Positions 6,984 to 15,500 of a stretch of DNA of 23,568 nucleotides are shown in pieces (within the stretch, counting starts at the first letter, position 1; the number at the start of each line of letters is the position of its first letter). Position numbers and translations under genes: made by a program. This DNA is from Bacteriovoracia bacterium (GTDB lineage Bacteria; Bdellovibrionota; Bacteriovoracia; Bacteriovoracales; Bacteriovoracaceae), in NCBI GenBank assembly GCA_046570105.1, contig JBKHVI010000044.1, positions 1-23,568 on the forward strand. Reading direction: 5' to 3'. The notes under the pieces were generated by a model, which saw only the letters and a list, made by a program, of their open reading frames with translations, searched no databases and was not told where the DNA came from.

Positions 6984-8672
6984 CTGCTGCTCTTTTGCTT
7001 CTTGAGCGCGCTTAAATTCCTCTTCTTGCTCCTGCTTTTGCTTCTCTTCCTCTTCCAGTTTCGCCTTTTGCTTATTGAGCATATCTTGCCACTTGGCCTG
7101 GTTGAGATTTTGGAAGTTTTCTAACTCTGCAAGCTTAGCGGCATCGTGATCTTTAAAGAAAACAGAATTCACAAAACGACGAAGGGCCTTCTTTTCAACT
7201 TCGCCGATACAATTAATCAGGGCGTAATAGGCCGGCGGTTTACCCAGCTGCGGATGGTTGGCGACGGTGATGTAGCCTTTAAAGGGCGATTCAAGCCTAA
7301 AGGAGGTGCCTTCTTTAAGTTGGCGTTTGCAAGTAAAGACCAAATCAGATTCTGAAACTTGCACAAGACTAATAACATCATCTATTTCTGCAATAGAAAG
7401 TGGATTCGATTTACGGAGATAAACACGTAACTCCTGATCACCCATCTCTTCGGCGGCTTCATCTTTAATTTTTTTATCCACCATAGAAGCCATCTTTAAG
7501 ACAACTTCAGTTGTGAGCTCTCCATCCATGGCGATGAGCTGTGTATAGCCCATGGAACTTTGCATCTCTTTTGAGGTCACAGGGCCAGCATTAAATACAA
7601 TAATATAGGGTGTAAGCTTAGTTAGTTTCTTTGTGAGAATCTGCGTGAGCTTCTGGACGAAGGCCATATCATTAAGCGGAGGTGGCGGCCCATCATCTGT
7701 GGGTGGCCCGTCTAGGACGATCGCGATCACTTGCGGCTGAAGAGACTGCAACTCATCTACCGGATCTTTCAAATATGGCTGACAACGAATAGCTTGGTTA
7801 AACTTATCCGTTCGTTGCGCTGATTGGTAGAAGGACATATTACGATCAATCACCATTACTCTGACGCTTTTTTTGAATGACCGCTCTTGATTGTCTTTTA
7901 GCCAGGCCTCCAAATACTTTCGTGCTTTATTGACGGCATGATCACGCTCGCCAGTCAGTTCGTTGACTCGATCTTCCGAGTCCCCTTCGCTTGTCACAAC
8001 AGGATCGACCCAGGCAAAGTCTAGATCGAGCGCGCAAGCCGAGTGATAAAGACGAACTTCATTGGTTTTTTTCTTGATTTTCATCAGAGGAGAGGGAATT
8101 TTTTTTCTATCATGCCAAGGATGGCGCACGATAAGTTCTTCTCCTTGCGAATAATCTAGCAAGCTCTCAACGTGAATGCCCTTATGATACACATAACCAA
8201 TTTTACAAAGATGGCGAACTTCTAGTTCTTTATCAATTTTAGCAGTAGCAAATCCATGCTCCTTCACTTGTCCGGGAGTCACTAGAATCATAGCACCGAA
8301 AACAACGTCAAAAAATTCGCCACTTTTAATATGATTGACGTTCACTCCGGCCAAAAAACTTTCTTTATGCTGCTCAGGTGGTGATAGGTAATCATGCAAA
8401 CCCACAATCACTAAAGGCGAACTATGATTGGTGCGCACTAATAAGCGCGCCAAGTGCATGTAGTTATCAGTGTTTTTTGAGAAGTCGACAAAGATGAGTG
8501 CTGGTGAAACTTTAGTGACATGAATGAGCATGGCCTGAATATGTTCAGCGCCTTTATCCTGGCGTTGCTCGATAGCAACGCCAGGATAAAGGCGCTGAAA
8601 CTCAGACAAGAGCGCTTTAAAATAAGCGTTATCACTCCCGAGATAGAGAAGCTTCTTCCCTTCAGTACTCAT
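6924..8672 (-). CDS. Hypothetical signalling protein with receiver-like and PilZ-like domains and a charged C-terminal coil
   Basis: 582-aa ORF. REC-like segments KKLLYLGSD...PALIFVD and RVMVIDRN...PQVIAIVLD. PilZ-like RVYLR...QVSESDL...EKKALRRFV. Confidence 0.6.
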   Translation of the reverse strand: MSTEGKKLLYLGSDNAYFKALLSEFQRLYPGVAIEQRQDKGAEHIQAMLIHVTKVSPALIFVDFSKNTDNYMHLARLLVRTNHSSPLVIVGLHDYLSPPEQHKESFLAGVNVNHIKSGEFFDVVFGAMILVTPGQVKEHGFATAKIDKELEVRHLCKIGYVYHKGIHVESLLDYSQGEELIVRHPWHDRKKIPSPLMKIKKKTNEVRLYHSACALDLDFAWVDPVVTSEGDSEDRVNELTGERDHAVNKARKYLEAWLKDNQERSFKKSVRVMVIDRNMSFYQSAQRTDKFNQAIRCQPYLKDPVDELQSLQPQVIAIVLDGPPTDDGPPPPLNDMAFVQKLTQILTKKLTKLTPYIIVFNAGPVTSKEMQSSMGYTQLIAMDGELTTEVVLKMASMVDKKIKDEAAEEMGDQELRVYLRKSNPLSIAEIDDVISLVQVSESDLVFTCKRQLKEGTSFRLESPFKGYITVANHPQLGKPPAYYALINCIGEVEKKALRRFVNSVFFKDHDAAKLAELENFQNLNQAKWQDMLNKQKAKLEEEEKQKQEQEEEFKRAQEAKEQQSAAAPEASEATDSKEEKPS

Positions 8673-8678
8673 ACTAAA

Positions 8679-8687
8679 ATGATAGCA
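8679..8687 (-). promoter_or_regulatory. Extended -10 promoter, probably giving a leaderless mRNA
   Basis: TG-C-TATCAT-N6-ATG(8672) with no SD. Confidence 0.5.
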
Positions 8688-8716
8688 TAACTAAAATAAA
8701 ATCTATGAATATTTGC

Positions 8717-9352
8717 CTAACTTCGCAGAGTTCGCAAATAATTGAGATAGTCTTGATCTTGCGGATTTTGGTGGAGTGGCAACTTATCTAGCAGGTGATT
8801 TAGATAACCTTTACCATCTACCGATTCCCACTGCTCTTCTCCGTATAAGCTCACCCTTCTTTTGGCATTAATTCCAAGCACCAGAATTTGGTAAAACTGC
8901 CCGTCCTCATTGAGGATTTCCTCGTGTTCAAGTCCCCAGTTTTCACTCTGCAAATAGCTTCTCACTTTCAATTGATCACGATGAGGTGAAAGGACGATGC
9001 GAGAATGAGAAAGTGTCTTTAGATGCCGTAAACCTTGCAACATCCCCTGCCCGCCGAACCCGGCCATAAGAAAAGTATTTTCATCTTTGGTGACGGTTAT
9101 TTCATCAGCTCTTTTCTGGTGGATTTCAAAAGGAACAAGGCTGGGAATATCCGCATTTAAAAAGTTTTTTAGTCGTTCCACCACTAAGGGAGCAGGATCT
9201 ACGAAATGAACGCGTTTAAAATGACTTTCCGCCCTCGCCCAGCGGCCAACGAGTCCATGGTCACAGCCAATATCCCAAAGCTCCTCACCTTCTCCGGCGA
9301 GAGTCAGGAGGCGCTGTAATCTGATAGATAAAGGTGGAAGTTTAGAACTCAT
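8717..9352 (-). CDS. trmK: tRNA (adenine22-N1)-methyltransferase
   Basis: LSIRL, WDIGCDHG, MAGFGG and EDGQFYQIL motifs. Start reassigned to MSSKLPP at 9352, overlapping the upstream gene's end. Confidence 0.82.
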   Translation of the reverse strand: MSSKLPPLSIRLQRLLTLAGEGEELWDIGCDHGLVGRWARAESHFKRVHFVDPAPLVVERLKNFLNADIPSLVPFEIHQKRADEITVTKDENTFLMAGFGGQGMLQGLRHLKTLSHSRIVLSPHRDQLKVRSYLQSENWGLEHEEILNEDGQFYQILVLGINAKRRVSLYGEEQWESVDGKGYLNHLLDKLPLHQNPQDQDYLNYLRTLRS

Positions 9353-9761
9353 AATGCTGACCATACTTGGCGTCGTTCTCTTCTGTGAAGAACTTGCGCA
9401 CAAAATATTGTCCAGCACGGATAGTAGCGATAAAGCCATGACTTTCCAGAGAGCGGATCGAGTGAATCACATCATCTTGACTGACATGCAAAAGCCTAGC
9501 GAGTTCAAAATAAGCATTCAAAGGACCGATGCCATGACCGCGGTAAAGGTTTGGTCGGCACCATACTTGTCGATAAAGCAACATCAGGAGTGAAATCTCA
9601 GTTCGCGTCAGCTTAAACTGCGGCAAGATTTCATCAAAAAACACATCTGGGATTTCACTTAAGGTAGGAGTTTCAGTCACGACTTCACGCTCAGGCGCGC
9701 TGTTATCGTCCTTTTGCTCTTTTGACTTGTACATGGAGAGAATAGATCGAATGTCTTCCAC
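9342..9761 (-). CDS. Winged-helix DNA-binding protein resembling replication-initiator/DnaD N-terminal domains
   Basis: GGAGG SD with GTG start. Pattern IPDVFFDEIL..LTRTEISLLMLLYR...ELARLLHVSQDDVIHSIRSLESHGFI. Confidence 0.65.
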   Translation of the reverse strand: MEDIRSILSMYKSKEQKDDNSAPEREVVTETPTLSEIPDVFFDEILPQFKLTRTEISLLMLLYRQVWCRPNLYRGHGIGPLNAYFELARLLHVSQDDVIHSIRSLESHGFIATIRAGQYFVRKFFTEENDAKYGQHYEF

Positions 9762-9842
9762 AAAGCCTCCATGAATATTATTGAATTAAGAGGGTCTTAA
9801 AACAAGTGGCCGGCCTTTTTTTTCTCTTTTTATCTGTTTTGC

Positions 9843-9870
9843 TCAAGTAATGCCGCATTCTAGCCGACAG
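9843..9870 (+). promoter_or_regulatory. Possible sigma28 (FliA)-type promoter
   Basis: TCAAG-N15-GCCGACAG upstream of a GGAG SD and ATG at 9888. Imperfect match to TAAA-N15-GCCGATAA. Confidence 0.3.
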
Positions 9871-9887
9871 GTTTAGTCGGAGACCAG

Positions 9888-11297
9888 ATGTATATGAAAA
9901 CTCTGACTGCTTGGTTTTATTCAGTACTACTCACCGCTTGCACTCAGCTGCCTGGTGGCCCCTCTCGTGAGATCGCTTCCATTGATCAAAACTTAGCGCG
10001 TATGTCGGTCGAAGATATTCAGCAAGAGATGCAACAAAAGTTTCTACAAATCGAATACACCACTCTCTCGGCCTATGAAGGTCTGGGACAATTTGATGAG
10101 CATCTCAACCAAACACCAGGACTCTTGGAAGATAACCCGCATTATCCAGGTCTACTTGCTGCTCGTATTATGATTGAAGAATTACAAGATGAAATCATTG
10201 ATCTAAGGGATCAATTTTATCTGGCGGCCTTGTCGCCTGCTCTTAGTATTGAAGAGCGCTTAAAAAGTATTGATCTCCTGCGAGCCACGCTACCTCCGAC
10301 GAAAACTGAGCTTGATAAATTGATCCACAACCATTTGCACCAGTCTCTGGTGGATTTTACTCGTCAGATATTGATGGACTTGGCCTCAGTAGAAGAGAAG
10401 GTTATTCGCAAATCATTAGAAAATCTCTACCAACAATTAGGCCTTGTTTGGGGCCCACTTGCCCCCAAAGATATTATGGCAATTGGTGATTGGCGCGAGA
10501 TTACGCAGAAAGCTTTTGAGCGCAATAAAACGAATCCTGATTGGCAAATGGCACGCAGAAATTACGAACATCGCGCTCATGAGATGCGCACTAATCTAAA
10601 AACGGCCTTTAGTAATAAAAACAATAAGGCCTTTTTCCCGTCAGCGACTAAGGCAGGCAATATTATTGGTACAGAGTTTCCTGCGAAAGTGTGGTCACTC
10701 ACATACGATGATGGTCCAGGCGCTCAAACCAGCCGTAAGATCCTCTCTCATCTTACACTTCACAAACTCAAAGCGACATTCTTTCAGTTAACTAGGAATG
10801 CCAAGACACTCAAAGGTGTCTCAAAAGAAATTCGTGATGCTGGGATGGAAATCGCCTCGCACTCTTACACCCATCAACAGACACCCAAGCTCACTCAGGA
10901 ACAGCGCGATCGTGAAATCCGAGTGGCAGCGCTTGATTTAGCTGAACTCCACGAGAGAGAAATAAAATTCTATCGCCTTCCCTATGGCGCCGGTGTTTCC
11001 ACTCCCGATATTCGTGAGCGCATTGCCAAGGCGAATTTGATTCATGTTTTCTGGAGTATTGATACGCTTGACTGGATGGCGCAGGCCCCTTCCGAGATTG
11101 TCGCTCGTACTCTCAAACAAATGAAAGCTTCTAAAAATGATGCCGGTGTTATTCTTTTTCACGACATCCATGAACGCACCGTCATCGCTTCAGAAGAAGT
11201 CATGCGCTACCTCAAAGAAGATTCACGACGAGTTTGTCTCTTAGATGAAATTGTCGAAGCGATCAACAAAGGCGAAGTGCCTTGTCCCGCTCAATAG
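9888..11297 (+). CDS. Lipoprotein polysaccharide (peptidoglycan GlcNAc) deacetylase, CE4/NodB family
   Basis: Lipobox LLTAC and all five CE4 motifs: TYDDGP, HSYTH, RLPYG, DTLDW, ILFHD. Long helical N-terminal domain. Confidence 0.92.
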   Translation: MYMKTLTAWFYSVLLTACTQLPGGPSREIASIDQNLARMSVEDIQQEMQQKFLQIEYTTLSAYEGLGQFDEHLNQTPGLLEDNPHYPGLLAARIMIEELQDEIIDLRDQFYLAALSPALSIEERLKSIDLLRATLPPTKTELDKLIHNHLHQSLVDFTRQILMDLASVEEKVIRKSLENLYQQLGLVWGPLAPKDIMAIGDWREITQKAFERNKTNPDWQMARRNYEHRAHEMRTNLKTAFSNKNNKAFFPSATKAGNIIGTEFPAKVWSLTYDDGPGAQTSRKILSHLTLHKLKATFFQLTRNAKTLKGVSKEIRDAGMEIASHSYTHQQTPKLTQEQRDREIRVAALDLAELHEREIKFYRLPYGAGVSTPDIRERIAKANLIHVFWSIDTLDWMAQAPSEIVARTLKQMKASKNDAGVILFHDIHERTVIASEEVMRYLKEDSRRVCLLDEIVEAINKGEVPCPAQ

Positions 11298-11587
11298 TTT
11301 TCCTACTTTTAATAAGCTGCCAAACTCATCAACCTAAAGTTGATATCTGGAGCGCTGGGGAACTCTTAAGAGACCTGCAAGACAAAGGTGAAACTCTACC
11401 TTGTGTCGCTGACCCTGCACTTTATCTAAGAGTGCTCTGGCCTAAGCTTGATAAATCACCCATGCCTAAAGATCATTCTTGTATAAAAGAGCGCACCAAA
11501 TGTATTGAAGAAGCAAAAAAAGAATTTTGTGAGAGTGAACTCTTAGAAGAAATTGAACTAGAAAAAGAGCAATTTAAGATTCCCTAG
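11282..11587 (+). CDS. Small Cys-rich putative lipoprotein
   Basis: Hydrophobic signal ending LLISC, with four further Cys. Overlaps the deacetylase stop. Confidence 0.6.
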   Translation: MSRSIVFLLLISCQTHQPKVDIWSAGELLRDLQDKGETLPCVADPALYLRVLWPKLDKSPMPKDHSCIKERTKCIEEAKKEFCESELLEEIELEKEQFKIP

Positions 11588-11592
11588 GGATA

Positions 11593-11760
11593 AGATTTCG
11601 AATTCACCCGTCTCATCCTGGCGCAAAGAACTGATTAAATAATTAGACTAATGCCAGGATGAATCAAGCTTTAACCGCAGTAAGCACGAGGCGTCCTCAA
11701 GTTAATTTTCACTTTTGAAGTAAATCTATGCTTCGGACTTAACGGGTGAATTCGGAATCT
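11593..11760. repeat. Structured dispersed element, copy 1 (168 bp; ncRNA or non-autonomous mobile element)
   Basis: 19-bp terminal IR (11593-11611 / 11742-11760, one G-T), internal hairpins, and homology to the reverse complement of 17989-18155. Flanked by direct repeat TAAGATTCCCTA. Confidence 0.85.
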
Positions 11761-12532
11761 AAGATTCCCTAAACTCTTTCATCTTTGCCAATCCAGCACT
11801 CAATCCCTGCTTGATATAATCGCCACAGACTTTTTTCCAAGTCGTGAGTACGGCTTCTGTGACTCCCCCTTTCGAGGCCACCTGGGAAATCTTGGTGAGC
11901 ATATCTTCTTTGGCGTCTAATTTTTTTAAGGTTCCTTTGAAGGCTTCGATTAAAATCTTTCGTGCCAGCTCGGGATCGCCGCCATTTTGGGCCGCAAATT
12001 CTCCCGCATCATGGATCCATTGATACAGATAAGCAGGCGCACAGCCACTATGAAGAGTGTAGAGATCAATATGTTCTTCCGTCATTAGGGGCGCGAGTCC
12101 CAGTCCATTTAATCTTTTCTGCCACAAACCGATTTCAGCGGGCGATAAACCTTGTTGGCCCCACAAGACCACTCCATCTCCAGTCGCCACACCGAGATTG
12201 GGCATTAAGCGGACAACTTTCAGACATGGAGTTGCTGCAAGAAATTTCTTGATCTGAGTCGCTGCTAAGAGCGAAATCAAAATGGTATCAGCTTTTAAGT
12301 GTGACTTTAACAGTGTCAGACCTTCTGCCAGTTTTTGTGGCTTAAAACCCAACATGACGGCATCAAACTCATCACCACTTTGCCAGACGCTCCCATCGAG
12401 TTCACGAGATAATTCCTGTGCCTTACTCATGGTTGGATTCCAGCACAAAAACTCTATTTGAGGATCTGAGGTTTTAAGTCCTCGTGCCATGGCGCGTGCC
12501 ATATTGCCACATCCCCAAATAAGCATCTTCAT
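11759..12532 (-). CDS. proC: Pyrroline-5-carboxylate reductase
   Basis: IWGCGNMA Rossmann motif, LGFKPQ, VRLMPN, SGCAPAY and VASKGGVT. Start at MKMLIW overlaps the putA stop (ATGA). Confidence 0.92.
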   Translation of the reverse strand: MKMLIWGCGNMARAMARGLKTSDPQIEFLCWNPTMSKAQELSRELDGSVWQSGDEFDAVMLGFKPQKLAEGLTLLKSHLKADTILISLLAATQIKKFLAATPCLKVVRLMPNLGVATGDGVVLWGQQGLSPAEIGLWQKRLNGLGLAPLMTEEHIDLYTLHSGCAPAYLYQWIHDAGEFAAQNGGDPELARKILIEAFKGTLKKLDAKEDMLTKISQVASKGGVTEAVLTTWKKVCGDYIKQGLSAGLAKMKEFRES

Positions 12533-15500
12533 AGGCCAATCTCCAAAGGCGCTCCATGTCTCATGGTATTTACCGCAAATGAGCGCACCCATAAATATTG
12601 ATCAAGCCAAGCACTCCAAAGTCCCAGTGGTGGATGCTCGCCATCATGATAGAGAGCACGCATGGTGATATCGAGTGAGCCAGTGGGTAGAGACATCGCC
12701 AACATTTTCTCACGGAACTCACCGCTACCTGCAACATAGACCACATTGATAAGGGGATTTGCGAGGATCGCCTGCAATTCATTTTTTCCGGTGAAATAAA
12801 CTTCCAGGTTAGGTTTAGCAAAACCGGCCTGCCAAGCTAATTCACAGAGACCTTTCCACACACTGTAGCTTTTGCTGTTCGTGCAGATGATGGCCATACC
12901 TGAGCCGCTCGCCAAAGCCGAGAGCCACTGAATTAATAAGGCCATGCTTACGGCTTCCTCACCTGTAATGATGAGCGAGACTTCACGCGGAAGATCTTTT
13001 TGATCGTAACTGAGTTGACCGGGAATTCTTAAATTTGGATGAATGCTGCTGAGATGCTGGGGAATACCTACCGATCCCCATTCAACAAAACTCTTGAGCT
13101 GACGTTTCTGCGCTTCATCTACCGTTTGCGTAAGAGATTCAAAATGCGAGAGCACTTTATGAGCTAATTTCTCCCAACGTAAAGTGCGGCCTTGAACTGA
13201 TAGTAAGCTGGCGCGTGGAAGCTCAAAGCGATACCCGCTCCCCTCTTCCCAAGCTGCATTGCTAGTAACAGATTCAAGTTCACCCGTGGTGTAAAACTGC
13301 GCCATATAGTCTCGGCCACCGGCCTTAGGTCCAGTACCTGAAAGTTTGAAGCCACCAAAAGGTTCAATCGCTACGCGCGCGCCCGTGTTCGGTCGATTGA
13401 CGTAGAGATTACCGCATTTCAATTCACGCACGAGGTAATCAATATCATCTTGTGACTGGCCGTAAATTCCGCCCGTCAAACCATACTCAGTTGAATTGAA
13501 AAGCTTAACCGCTTCATCTAAAGAGCGATAAGGAACAATATGAATCACTGGACCAAAGATTTCTCTTTGCGCCCAAGATTCCGGATGCATCGCTCGCTCC
13601 ATAGGTAACTCAATCATGACAGGCCCTACGATATGACCCTCATGAGCTTCAGTCGAGCGATCTACCCACACTTTACCACCATAGGTTTCTGCTTCAGTTG
13701 TCGCCTGACGAACGGCTTCACGAATACGGAATTTATCCGTCTCAGTCACAACCGGATTCACCAAGACATGACCTAAAGTTGAAGGCCCGGCAGGCAAATC
13801 CTTAACCGCCTTCACCAGGCGAGCAAGTAGTGCATCTTTTACTTCCGCATCTACCAGAACGCGTGAGCAGGCCGAACATTTCTGACCGGCGTGTCCGAAA
13901 GCGGCATATAAAATGCCGGATACTGTTTCATCTTGTTCGCAATTATTCGTCACCACGATGGCATTTTTCCCACCCATTTCAGTGATCACTTTCTTAGGAA
14001 GAAATTTTTCAGTGATGGGATGCTTCACCGCTTGAACCGAAGCGGTTTGATAAATCCATTGGCCCACACCTTTTGAGCCAGTGAAAACGATTGATGAAAC
14101 AAAAGGACTTTGCACTAAAGGTGCTCCCACTTTTTCACCATCACCCGTCACAAAGACGAGAGCCGTTTTTGGGACACCTGCAGAATACAGTAGCTCAACT
14201 AATTCGCGTGCAATCAAAGGAGTCTGCTCGGCCGGCTTTAAGATAACAGCATTACCAGCAATTAAAGGGGCCACCGCCATTCCACAAGGGATCGCGAGGG
14301 GAAAATTCCAAGGAGCAATCACCGCAGTCACACCGCGAGGTTGAGCCGATTTTAATTCGGCCGACCAACGCAAATCTTCCCGCACATAAAAATTCAAGAA
14401 ATCAATCGCTTCGTCCACATCCGCCAGCGCCTCACTCCACGCCTTGCCTGCCTCAAAAACAATCAAAGCGGCCAAACGATTGCGCTCTTGCCACATCCGA
14501 TCAGCGGCTTTCAAAATCACACCCAATCGATAGGAGCGCGGTTTTTCCGTCCAGCTATTCCCGTTTTTCATCCCTTGATAAAGATCTTGGGCGTGCTTGA
14601 TGGCCTCGGCGGGAGTTAACTCATCAATGACTCCAACTAAGAGAGAGGGATGTGAGTTACAATTAATTTTTAATCCCGGCGCATTTTTAAACTGCTCTTG
14701 TTTCGCCTCAACCTCAGTTCTAAAAGTCTTAAGTGCCGCCAAGAACTGATCGAGTTCATGCTTCACATAAAGTCGAACCGGTGTGCAATTTTTGAATCCC
14801 GAATCCAAGGCGGTTTCTAATTCATCTCGCACCAACTCGCCTTGTGCTTGTTTTGTTTCATGCACTGTTAACGGAGCGCCAAAGGCATCTTTTTTGTTAT
14901 GCGAGCGCATGATGGTAAGAATACCGACTTGTGAAGAGTTCTCCATAATACGACGAACGAGATAGGCCATTCCCACCAGCAAATTACCAATCGGCATGTA
15001 ATTTCGTGTCGGCCATCCCATGCGGGCCAGCCCATGTGAGAGCGCTTCATAAGTCATGTGTAGACACTGATGCTCAATCACCGGAGCTTCTGGATAATGC
15101 AATTGGCGAAGGGCCTCAGCAAAACAGTGGTCTTGTAAATTATGCGAGCCGAGTGCCAATTGAAGTTCCGCTGGATGGGCCAGTGTCATCGCTGCCAATT
15201 GGCGGAAATGCAGATCAGACTCTTCTTTGTTTAAAAATTGCGGAGCATGATGAGAATGCGCAGTCGCCTCGATCGTCTCAGCATCCCAGTAGGCGCCTTT
15301 TACCAAACGAATTGGCATACGCACGCCACGTTCACGCGCCAAAGCAATAATATCTCTTAAATGAGTCGCACCATCACGCAAATAGGCCTGGAGAACAATG
15401 CCAGTATCACTCCAGCCATGCAATTCTGGGGTCTCTAGCAATACCTGACGATAAATTTTCAATACTAAATCACGGTAGTGATAGTGTTCCGCATCGATAT

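Noticed and set aside
9353..9439. Longer ORF-track starts for trmK (also proC 12592, putA 16737, SWIB 18715, TgpA-like 5040, NifU-like 20003)
   Set aside because: The extensions overlap neighbouring genes or run past clear SDs. Downstream starts fit the family N-termini and stop/start coupling better.
11593..11760. Element as 6S RNA, tRNA, attC site, hammerhead ribozyme or CRISPR repeat
   Set aside because: It is multibranched rather than a 6S-like rod. It has no T-loop/CCA cloverleaf, no RYYYAAC/GTTRRRY ends, no CUGANGA/GAAA core shared by both copies, and no repeat-spacer periodicity.
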